Numbered from the stretch's first letter, positions 1-7,186 are shown. The stretch: 12,507 nucleotides of DNA from a bacterium (GCA_041640655.1 JBEPZV010000063.1:1-12507); one strand, 5' to 3'. A program made the numbers and translations. Notes: a model not told the origin generated them from the letters alone.

Positions 1-669
1 TCGGCGCGTTCGCTCTACCGAGGCTTCACCTTCAGCGCGAATCTGCGGCGCTCGCGCGTCCAGTTCAATGCCTTCTACACCCTCTCGTGGAATTACTCCG
101 ATGACGATAACGAGCGGAGCGCGACGGGACAGGAGGACACGGTCAACGTCTACGACCTGCGTCCGGAATACCATTACGCGCGGCTGGATGCTCGTCATCT
201 GTTCACCTTCAATACGGTCGTGAGCCTTCCCCTCGGCTTCGAAGCTTCGGGCATCATCCGAATGCGCTCGGGATGGCCGCTGAACCCGCAGACGGGCGGA
301 GACACGAACGAGGACTTCGCCAATAACGATCGGCCGATGGCGGCTCCCGGGGTGCTCATGAAGCGGAACTCATTCCGAGACCGCGCCGTGCGCGTCGTGG
401 ATCTGCGGATCTTGAAGGGCTTCAACCTGTGGAATGAGACGTCGAAGCTGCAGTTCTCGGTCGAGTTCTTCAACCTCTTCAACTTCGACAACGTCACTTT
501 CGGCAGTTCCAGCCGCATCTACGGGCTGGGGATTGATCCGGCGACCGGAAACCCCGCGCCTGTGGATCCGCGATTCCGACAATTGCGGCTGCCGGACGGA
601 CGACTGAATCCTGACAATATTCCGGGTACACCGTTCCAGATGCAACTTGGCGTGCGCATGATCTTCTGA
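1..669 (+). CDS. TonB-dependent receptor, Oar-like outer-membrane beta-barrel (C-terminal fragment; gene starts before the window)
   Basis: Frame +1 is open from base 1 (SARSLYRGFTFSANLRRSRVQFNAFYTLSWNYSDDDNERS...) through the listed 220..669 ORF. It has amphipathic beta-strands, the motif LQFSVEFFNLFNFDN typical of Oar-type TBDR C-termini, and a last strand QMQLGVRMIF ending in Phe (BAM signal). Confidence 0.85.
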   Translation, partial: SARSLYRGFTFSANLRRSRVQFNAFYTLSWNYSDDDNERSATGQEDTVNVYDLRPEYHYARLDARHLFTFNTVVSLPLGFEASGIIRMRSGWPLNPQTGGDTNEDFANNDRPMAAPGVLMKRNSFRDRAVRVVDLRILKGFNLWNETSKLQFSVEFFNLFNFDNVTFGSSSRIYGLGIDPATGNPAPVDPRFRQLRLPDGRLNPDNIPGTPFQMQLGVRMIF

Positions 670-682
670 CCGTCCCGATCTG

Positions 683-728
683 AGAGGCATCGGCCGCATG
701 GTCTCATATCCAGCGAACCGATGCCTCT
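683..728 (+). terminator. Stem-loop after the TBDR gene (3'-end hairpin or possible terminator, no U-tract)
   Basis: Perfect 11-bp inverted repeat AGAGGCATCGG (683-693) / CCGATGCCTCT (718-728), with inner pairs CGC/GCG and TGG/CCA, starting 13 nt after the stop codon. Confidence 0.5.
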
Positions 729-740
729 TCGTCCCCTACC

Positions 741-770
741 TTGGGCGATTTTTTCCAGGCATGATATAAT
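741..770 (+). promoter_or_regulatory. Sigma70-type promoter with extended -10 for the coiled-coil gene
   Basis: TGaTATAAT at 762-770 (TG-n plus perfect TATAAT); weak -35 TTGGGC at 741-746 with 18-bp spacer; followed by SD GGAGG (782-786) and ATG at 795. Confidence 0.75.
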
Positions 771-794
771 GCCCGTATTGCGGAGGGGTTGAAT

Positions 795-1934
795 ATGCCA
801 TTTACGGTGAAGGACTTTCGAGATTTGATTCGCATCCTGGAAAAGCACCCGGAGTGGCAAGTGGAACTGCGGCGGTTGATTCTGACTGAGGAGCTGCTCG
901 CGCTGCCGGGGCTTATTCGCGAGCTCGCGGATGTCCAACGACAAATCGTCGAACAGCTTCTCGCTCTAGGACGGCAGGTCCTGGCTCTGGCCGAAGCCCA
1001 GCGGCGGACGGAGGAGCGAGTCACGGCGCTGGAGGAGCAAGTCCGCGCCCTGGCCGAAGCCCAACGGCGGACGGAGGAGCAAGTCCTGGCTCTGGCCGAA
1101 GCCCAGCGGCGGACGGAGGAGCGAGTCACGGCGCTGGAGGAGCAGGTCCGCGCCCTGGCCGAAGCCCAACGGCGAACGGAGGAGCAAGTCCTGGCTCTGG
1201 CCGAAGCCCAACGGCGGACGGAGGAGCGAGTCACGGCGCTGGAGGAGCAGGTCCGCGCCCTGGCCGAAGCCCAACGGCGAACGGAGGAGCAAGTCCTGGC
1301 TCTGGCCGAAGCCCAGCGGCGGACGGAGGAGCGAGTCACGGCGCTGGAGGAGCAGGTCCGCGCCCTGGCCGAAGCCCAACGGCGAACGGAGGAGCAGATC
1401 CGCGCTTTAGCTGAGGCGCAACAACGTGCCGAGGAGCAAATTCGCGCCCTCGCGGAAGCGCAACGGCATACGGAAGAGAGGATCAAGATGCTGACAGACA
1501 AGCTGGGGGACGTCCAAGGGCAAGTTCTGGAATGGCACTATCGCGAGCATGCTCCGGCTTACTTTGACGATCTCCTGCGCCGTATTCACGTCATCTCCAC
1601 GCAGGAGCTGGCGACGCTCTTGGACGAACCGCTGTCGAAGGGAGTGATCTCACGCGCGGAACGCAAAGATGTGCTCATGAGCGACGTCGTCCTTCGTGGG
1701 CGGCGGTGGACCGACGACATGGAGGCTTATCTCATCGCGGAGATCTCGGTGGGGATTGGGGAAGATGATGTGGAGCGAGCCGTGCGGCGGGCCGAACTGT
1801 TGCAGCGAGCGCTTGAGCGCCCGGTTATCGCGGCTGTCGCGGGCCGGGGGATCACTCCACAGGCGAGCGCCCTCGCTCGCGAACGCGGCGTATGGCGAAT
1901 CTTGGACGGGACTCCCATCGCTCCAGAGGAGTGA
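795..1934 (+). CDS. Tandem-repeat coiled-coil protein with C-terminal PD-(D/E)XK/restriction-endonuclease-like domain (379 aa)
   Basis: ATG 795 lies 8 nt after GGAGG, so it is preferred over TTG 789. Short helical N-terminus, about 190-aa heptad coiled coil, then an alpha/beta domain: GQVLE...SDVVLRG...YLIAEIS...DDVERAVRRAELL...VIAAVAG...ARERGV. The fold call is from motif pattern only. Confidence 0.75.
   Translation: MPFTVKDFRDLIRILEKHPEWQVELRRLILTEELLALPGLIRELADVQRQIVEQLLALGRQVLALAEAQRRTEERVTALEEQVRALAEAQRRTEEQVLALAEAQRRTEERVTALEEQVRALAEAQRRTEEQVLALAEAQRRTEERVTALEEQVRALAEAQRRTEEQVLALAEAQRRTEERVTALEEQVRALAEAQRRTEEQIRALAEAQQRAEEQIRALAEAQRHTEERIKMLTDKLGDVQGQVLEWHYREHAPAYFDDLLRRIHVISTQELATLLDEPLSKGVISRAERKDVLMSDVVLRGRRWTDDMEAYLIAEISVGIGEDDVERAVRRAELLQRALERPVIAAVAGRGITPQASALARERGVWRILDGTPIAPEE
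975..1478 (+). repeat. Intragenic tandem repeat: 4 x 105 bp (35 aa) plus two degenerate 42-bp units
   Basis: Units start at 975, 1080, 1185 and 1290 (end 1394), each encoding QVLALAEAQRRTEERVTALEEQVRALAEAQRRTEE. Copies 2 and 4 are identical; copy 3 differs from them by 1 and copy 1 by 3 synonymous changes. 1395-1478 encodes QIRALAEAQQRAEE and QIRALAEAQRHTEE. Confidence 0.97.
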
Positions 1935-1956
1935 GGGAAGCGAGAACTCCCTTCAC
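1931..1956. terminator. Imperfect hairpin between convergent genes, overlapping the stop codon
   Basis: GTGA-GGGA (1931-1938) pairs with TCCC-t-TCAC (1948-1956) in the 45-bp gap before the convergent peptidase stop; no U-tract. Confidence 0.3.
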
Positions 1957-1979
1957 GAAATCTCCGCCTGCCGTTTGAA

Positions 1980-3170
1980 TCATCGCGGGCGGCCGTCGGT
2001 TTCTCCCCTCACGGCTCGATACGTGCGCAGGATCTCCAGTGTTCGATCAATGGGAAGCGCTTCGACGACACGCCCCCCTCGACCGCGCATCGTCGTCGCG
2101 CGAAAGAGAGAATTGTAGATGGCTTCCTCCGTTGCTTCGATGACGGCGAGAAAGAGCGGCGAGAGTGCGTCATCGCTGAGGACCGTGAGCGTTCGTTCTC
2201 GCCCGGCCCCCGCTCGAATCCGAACGGATTCTGCCGTGCTGAAGGCGATCACGTAATCGCCGCTGCCGTGTGTCATGACCGACCCCGTTCTGGCCAAGCC
2301 GAATAAAGCGCGCATGGCCAGACGCCGAAGTCCCCGGGCGTCGAGCGGCGCATCCGTCGCGACGACGATGATGACCGATCCTTCGTCGTCCTCGTCGCGG
2401 GCCCGTCCCTCTAACTCCTCCCGAAGATAATACCGTCCCAACTCCCGCCCCACCGGCGCCCCATTGATCGTGAGCGCCCCTCCGAAGTTCGTCTGCACGA
2501 GGACGCCCACCGTATATCCCCCCAATTGAGGGGGAAGCACGCGCGAGGCCGTCCCGATTCCCCCTTTGAATCCGAAGGCTACCGTGCCCGTTCCAGCTCC
2601 GACGCATCCTTCCTCGACGGGTCCCTCCTTCGCGTTTCGCACGGCGGCGAGCACATCCTCCCTCGAGACGTGGCGACCGCGGATATCGTTCAAGAGCCCA
2701 TCGTTTGTCTCCGCCACGATGGGATTCACCGAGCGCACGTCTTCGTGCCCCGGTAAGGAGAGGACATAATCCAGGAGCGCATCAGCAGCGCGCGGCACGC
2801 TCAACGTATTCGTGAGCACGATCGGGGTCTCGATCTCCCCCAACTCGGCGACCTGCGTCGAGCCCATGAGCTTCCCGAACCCATTGCCGACGACGATGGC
2901 TGCCGGGACCTTCTCGCGGAAGATGTTCCCCCCATGTGGGAGGATGGCCGTCACGCCCGTGCGCACGTCCTCGCCCCGAATGAGCGTGACGTGACCGACG
3001 CGAACGCCGGCCACATCGGTGATCGCGTTCCACGGCCCGGGCGGAAGGACACCCACCGTGACCCCGACATCGCGCGCTCGCGGCCGCGATTCTCGCGACG
3101 CAGCGTCCTGATCAGCTCCCCCGGAGGGGGAACCCACGAGCATGGCTCCAATGATGAACAGCTCCATCAT
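1980..3170 (-). CDS. dmpA: P1/S58-family peptidase (DmpA-like L-aminopeptidase/D-Ala-esterase, self-processing hydrolase)
   Basis: Motifs RARDVGV, NAITDVAGVRVGH, VRTGVTAILP, NGFGK, ETNDGLLND, EEGCVGAGTG, KGGIGTASR, VQTNFG, the Gly-Ser autocleavage site in EGSVIIVVATDAPL (2376-2381) and HGSGDY. Start placed at ATG 3170 (or 3167) after SD GGAGG (3176-3180). Confidence 0.93.
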   Translation of the reverse strand: MMELFIIGAMLVGSPSGGADQDAASRESRPRARDVGVTVGVLPPGPWNAITDVAGVRVGHVTLIRGEDVRTGVTAILPHGGNIFREKVPAAIVVGNGFGKLMGSTQVAELGEIETPIVLTNTLSVPRAADALLDYVLSLPGHEDVRSVNPIVAETNDGLLNDIRGRHVSREDVLAAVRNAKEGPVEEGCVGAGTGTVAFGFKGGIGTASRVLPPQLGGYTVGVLVQTNFGGALTINGAPVGRELGRYYLREELEGRARDEDDEGSVIIVVATDAPLDARGLRRLAMRALFGLARTGSVMTHGSGDYVIAFSTAESVRIRAGAGRERTLTVLSDDALSPLFLAVIEATEEAIYNSLFRATTMRGRGGRVVEALPIDRTLEILRTYRAVRGETDGRPR

Positions 3171-3213
3171 CTCCGCCTCCTCGAAGAGATGCACTCAGCG
3201 ATTCGTCGAATCT

Positions 3214-5601
3214 TCAAAACGGTGAATAGGGCTCGAAGAATCGGCGTCCGGCCGCCGTATGGGGGCCGAAGCTTCCGATTCCGTTCAGGACCAGAGCGAT
3301 GGCGAAGCGATTCTCACTCCGCACACCCACCTTGAAGGTCGTGTTTTGAAAGAGCACACGACAGCAATCGAATCCGTAGCCGATCTGCACCGATGAAGAG
3401 ATCAAGCGACCGAGCGAGCGACGATCGCCGATCCTTCGATCCGTGAAATCGTAGAGCACGTCCGCGCCCACGAAGAGTCCCCGCGTCGCGTCGCCGATGG
3501 TGACGGAGGCCTGATAGAGATTCCCCGAGAACGTCCCGGGCTCGAACCGCCCTCCTTCGAGGGCGATCGGCTTCGTCCAATACCAAGTGTGCGCGAGGGC
3601 GAAGGCGCCGCGCGTGATCCCCGCCGTCATCCCCAACGCGCGGATCGTCCGCTCCGCCGGATCATAATCGAAGCGCACATCGGCGAAGAGCGAGGAGAGC
3701 GGTTGCGCGCGCATATTCACGCGCACGGGAGAGAAGCGACGCGCGCGCCCACCGAAAGAGAAGCCCGAGAGTGTGTAAATCGGCAGGAATTGATTCCGCT
3801 GATCCGGACGCCATGCCCCGCCGAAGCGAGGGTCAAGGAAATACTTCTGCCCGATGCGAATCGAGAGCCATTCGACGATCTCCTCCGATTCCCGGAGGCT
3901 CCCGGATCGCTCATCGCCTGCCCCGGATGGCTCGGAGAAGGAGCGCTCTTTCCTCACTCCGCTTCGGACGCTCAAGAAGCGGTGCGCGATCGAATACTCG
4001 AACTCATGCGTATCGGCGATCGTATCTCGCTCATCCACGCGGATGGCTCGAGCGGCCTCAGCGCCGATCCCCACAAGGCGCCGATAGGTGATGGTGGATT
4101 CGATGAGATGTCGGAACCACGGCTGCCCATCGCGATGATGAAAGATGCGCTCCAAAGTCGGCAGCTCCGCGGTCACGCTCACGTCCGCGTAGCGCCGCAT
4201 CCAGCTTTGTCCTCGAATGCGCGTCCGATCCTGAGGGTCCGTGCTCTCGGAATAAAAAGTCGCGCGGAGCGCGACCTCGGGCGTCACCGTCACTCCGCCG
4301 AACGAGAGGAGTGGGAACGTGAATCGCGGATGCAGATCGAAGCGCTGCACCAGAGATGGCGTCCGCACCGTGGGTTCTTTCCGCGCGATCCCCTCGACAG
4401 CCGCGTCGAAGGAGATGTACAGGGGGATCTCCGAGGAGAGCCGCTGAGGACGCCCGGAGAGCGAGAACGAAGGGAGCTGGCGCAACGTCACCAAAGCCGT
4501 GGGAAGAATGACGTCGCGCGACAGAAGAAGCACGTTGAAACTGTACGCGCCGAACGTATTCGTGAGGGCGATCTGGATGCGCTCCTCCGGGGAGATGGCC
4601 TGCTGGAAGTTATCCGAGAAGACCTGTCGGAAGGCGAAACTGCTGGTGAGGCTCACGTCGGCCGTTCCGACAAATCCCCGGGGGAAATACTGCACGGCGC
4701 GCAGATAGTACGCGCTCCCTCCTTGATCTGGGCCGGGAGATCCAAAGAGCCGATCTTGCACGAGGAAGAACCCCGTCTCCAGGGAGGAATCCTCGCGCGT
4801 CCGCCACCGGAAGTCAGCGCCGTACCCCAATCCCCGCGCGGTGAAGATATGGAGCCGCGGCGTGATGTCGGCACTGCGCCCGAGGGTCTGGTAATAGGGG
4901 ATCGTGAGGGAGATCCCCTTCGCCGTGGAATTGCCAATCCCCGGCAGGAGAAGGCCCGATTTCCGCACGCGCGGACTGATCGGGACTGAGGCGTAAGGGA
5001 GAACGAGTACCGGAACGCCCTTCACGCGAAAGGCAGGCCAGAGGAGCGAGACCCGTTCGTTCACCCGCAACGTCATGCGGCGCGTGGTGAAACTCCACTT
5101 CGGCACATTCTCCTCGCACGACGTGATGCGCCCTCGTGAGACGACAAAGACGTCCGGAGCGATCCGATCCACCCGAGCGGCCTCGATGTAGAGCCGCGTC
5201 CCATCCGGCGTGCGATCAGTAGCCCCGCGAACCTCCCACACCGTCCCCTGTCCCGTCTTGAAGTTGAACCAAGCACGACGTCCTATGAAGCGTTGCCCCT
5301 CAGCGGTGAAGATCACGGTGCCCGTCGCCTCCGCATCTTCAGTCACTTCGTGATACACCACGCGATCGGCCTGAAGGCGAATGGTCCCATATCGGATCTC
5401 CACGTCTCCTTCATACACGACGCGCGTCCCCTCGCGCGAGAGCCGATCGGCCTCGATCTCCACCTGCAAGGTCTGAAGGGAGCGCTGGAGCGAAACGCGC
5501 GCCGGGAGGCGCGGAAAGGCGGGGCCGAGAGCCCCCTCCGAAGCGGCGAAGGCGGACGCCGAGATGAGGAGGAGCCCCACAATGAACACGACGGTCCTCA
5601 T
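3214..5601 (-). CDS. lptD: LPS-assembly protein LptD (795 aa)
   Basis: Signal peptide MRTVVFIVGLLLISASAFA; OstA-like beta-jellyroll (IEADRL, YEGDVEIRYG, LQADRVVY); ITSC...PKW; RKSGLLLP; PYYQTLGRSADIT...RGLGYG; C-terminal YGFDCC and LNGIGSFG. Confidence 0.93.
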   Translation of the reverse strand: MRTVVFIVGLLLISASAFAASEGALGPAFPRLPARVSLQRSLQTLQVEIEADRLSREGTRVVYEGDVEIRYGTIRLQADRVVYHEVTEDAEATGTVIFTAEGQRFIGRRAWFNFKTGQGTVWEVRGATDRTPDGTRLYIEAARVDRIAPDVFVVSRGRITSCEENVPKWSFTTRRMTLRVNERVSLLWPAFRVKGVPVLVLPYASVPISPRVRKSGLLLPGIGNSTAKGISLTIPYYQTLGRSADITPRLHIFTARGLGYGADFRWRTREDSSLETGFFLVQDRLFGSPGPDQGGSAYYLRAVQYFPRGFVGTADVSLTSSFAFRQVFSDNFQQAISPEERIQIALTNTFGAYSFNVLLLSRDVILPTALVTLRQLPSFSLSGRPQRLSSEIPLYISFDAAVEGIARKEPTVRTPSLVQRFDLHPRFTFPLLSFGGVTVTPEVALRATFYSESTDPQDRTRIRGQSWMRRYADVSVTAELPTLERIFHHRDGQPWFRHLIESTITYRRLVGIGAEAARAIRVDERDTIADTHEFEYSIAHRFLSVRSGVRKERSFSEPSGAGDERSGSLRESEEIVEWLSIRIGQKYFLDPRFGGAWRPDQRNQFLPIYTLSGFSFGGRARRFSPVRVNMRAQPLSSLFADVRFDYDPAERTIRALGMTAGITRGAFALAHTWYWTKPIALEGGRFEPGTFSGNLYQASVTIGDATRGLFVGADVLYDFTDRRIGDRRSLGRLISSSVQIGYGFDCCRVLFQNTTFKVGVRSENRFAIALVLNGIGSFGPHTAAGRRFFEPYSPF

Positions 5602-5635
5602 GAGGGGACGCGAAGCCGGAGAGAGCGCGCGGGAA

Positions 5636-6163
5636 TCACACCGATCCTTCGGCTAAGGAGAGGCATCGCCGTTCGATCACCACGCGCGCCTGGTATTCGA
5701 TGGCCTCCAAGAGCAAGATCACGCGCTCGCGATCGTCCAGCTCGCGCTCGAAGATCCCCTTCAGCCCGCGCAACGGCCCCTCGCGCACCAGGACGCGATC
5801 GCCGGGCCGCAGCGAGCGATCCTCCAGGCGGACGTAGCCATCCGGCCCGATGCGTGATCGGATCTCGCCAATGATCGCCTCGTCCACCGGCAAGGGGACA
5901 TCCCCACAGCTGACGACGCGCAAGACCCCGCGGGCATATCGAATGAGGTGCAAATACGTGGCCGGGCAAAATCGCGCGAAGAGGTATCCCGGAAAGAGCG
6001 GCTTGATCACCTCGCGCGGGATGCCACAGATCACCCGCTCCTGCTTGACCTTCGGGAGAAGGACCTCCAGATCGAGGCGCGCGATATTGAAAGCCGCCGC
6101 ATCCTCCCGGTGCGGCTTCGTGTGAATGGCGAACCAGTGCGTCTCCCGATAGAAATCCATCAT
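5636..6163 (-). CDS. Specialised NusG paralog (RfaH/UpxY-like transcription antitermination factor)
   Basis: NGN domain (WFAIHTKPHRE, PLFPGYLFARF, IRYARGVLRVV) plus KOW domain (PGDRVLVREGPLRGLKGIF, ERVILLLE). Not in the secE/rplK context of housekeeping nusG; LLP...PLFP and RGV patterns are RfaH-like. Confidence 0.9.
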   Translation of the reverse strand: MMDFYRETHWFAIHTKPHREDAAAFNIARLDLEVLLPKVKQERVICGIPREVIKPLFPGYLFARFCPATYLHLIRYARGVLRVVSCGDVPLPVDEAIIGEIRSRIGPDGYVRLEDRSLRPGDRVLVREGPLRGLKGIFERELDDRERVILLLEAIEYQARVVIERRCLSLAEGSV

Positions 6164-6214
6164 CCCCTCATCCTCGCCCGCGTTATTCCCCCGATGCCGC
6201 GATGCGTCTTCCTT

Positions 6215-6242
6215 ATCATAGCGACCTGCCGGGGATTGTCAA
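6215..6242 (-). promoter_or_regulatory. Near-consensus sigma70 promoter for the NusG paralog-lptD-dmpA unit
   Basis: Minus strand reads TTGACA (6242-6237) - 16 bp - TATGAT (6220-6215); predicted leader of about 45 nt to ATG 6163. Confidence 0.75.
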
Positions 6243-6262
6243 GGTCAACCCCATGAGCGCGC

Positions 6263-7186
6263 TCAGCGCGGATCGCTCGGAGCCGCCGCCAAGCGCGCGG
6301 CTGCCGATCGGCTGCGCCGTTCCTCGATCAAGTGCGCGCAATGCAAGATGGCCGTCATCTGCGCGCCGAAGAGCATGATGAGGCTCGAGATGTAGATCCA
6401 CGTGAGCGTGGCCACGACGGCCGCGATGGACCCGTAAAGGTGATCGTAGGGGAACTTCACCAGACTCCACGCGAAGAGATACTTCGCGATCTCCCACGCC
6501 ACTCCCGCGAGGAGCGCTCCCGGCAAGGCCTCGACCACGGTCACCTTCGTATTGGGCATGATCTTGTAGACCAAAAGGAAGAGGATGACGGTCAACGCCA
6601 GGCCGACTATCCCAAAGACCACCTGCCAGAAATAGCCATCCAAGACCAGCGCCGCCCCGACCACCGAAGGCGTGATGCGACTCGTCTCCGATTGGAGGAA
6701 GGTCAACATGCCCGTCATCAGCGCGGAGAGCACCAGCAGAGCGCCGACGACGACCAGCATCGCGAGCATCAGCACCCTCCCGCGCACGAAGGACCGACAC
6801 GGCGTGCGCCAGATGCGATTGATCGCCTTCTCGATGATCGTGAACGCCCAAGAGGCGACCCAGAGGATAATGGCCAAACAACTGAGCATCTCGCCGCGCG
6901 AGAGCGAGAGGGACGCGCTCAACTGTTCTTCCACGGCCTCTCGCGAGGCCGGCAGGAAGGCGAGGATGATCTCGATCGCCCGGAGATTGACCTCGCGAAA
7001 CGTCGGATATTCCCGGCTCAGGGCGAAGAGCAGCAGGAGAAACGGATACACACCGAGCATGGCGAAATAGGAGATGGCCGCGGCCGACGTCGGAAGCTCA
7101 TTGGAGAGAAAGTGGGAGAACGTACTCGCGATGATCGCCCGTTTCGGCACCCCATTTCGCAACGTTGCAAAAGGCACCTGCGCCAT
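6263..7186 (-). CDS. YihY/virulence factor BrkB family inner-membrane protein (307 aa)
   Basis: About six hydrophobic helices; motifs SAAAISYFAML..YPFLL, AINRIW, LVYKIMPN, ALPGALLAGVAWE, YGSIAAVVATLTWIYISSLIMLFGA. Start moved from 7282 to ATG 7186, which follows GAGGGGG and lies downstream of the predicted promoter. Confidence 0.9.
   Translation of the reverse strand: MAQVPFATLRNGVPKRAIIASTFSHFLSNELPTSAAAISYFAMLGVYPFLLLLFALSREYPTFREVNLRAIEIILAFLPASREAVEEQLSASLSLSRGEMLSCLAIILWVASWAFTIIEKAINRIWRTPCRSFVRGRVLMLAMLVVVGALLVLSALMTGMLTFLQSETSRITPSVVGAALVLDGYFWQVVFGIVGLALTVILFLLVYKIMPNTKVTVVEALPGALLAGVAWEIAKYLFAWSLVKFPYDHLYGSIAAVVATLTWIYISSLIMLFGAQMTAILHCAHLIEERRSRSAAARLAAAPSDPR

Noticed and set aside
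975..1478. Repeat array as a CRISPR array or other non-coding repeat
   Set aside because: No unique spacers, unit lengths are multiples of 21 bp, differences among the 105-bp copies are synonymous in the + frame, and no cas genes are present.
704..1501. Antisense repetitive ORFs 704..1501 (Cys/Ser/Arg-rich) and 966..1379 as real proteins or RiPP precursors
   Set aside because: They are reverse-strand readings of the coiled-coil repeat; variation is synonymous in the + frame and no modification enzymes are nearby.
1932..1960. Selenocysteine or readthrough at TGA codons next to hairpins (here and at lon)
   Set aside because: Both proteins appear complete at the TGA, the stop lies inside the stem rather than upstream of a SECIS-like hairpin, and every stop called in this window is TGA.
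670..1979. Coiled-coil gene as an IS or other mobile element
   Set aside because: No transposase or integrase motifs, terminal inverted repeats or target-site duplication were found.
5658..5668. GAGAGGCATCG matching the hairpin arm at 682-692
   Set aside because: A single 11-nt match inside a CDS with no partner arm; expected by chance.
6164..6214. Canonical ops/JUMPstart element in the NusG-paralog leader
   Set aside because: No GGCGGTAG; the closest sequence (CGCGGCATCGGG) is too divergent to call.
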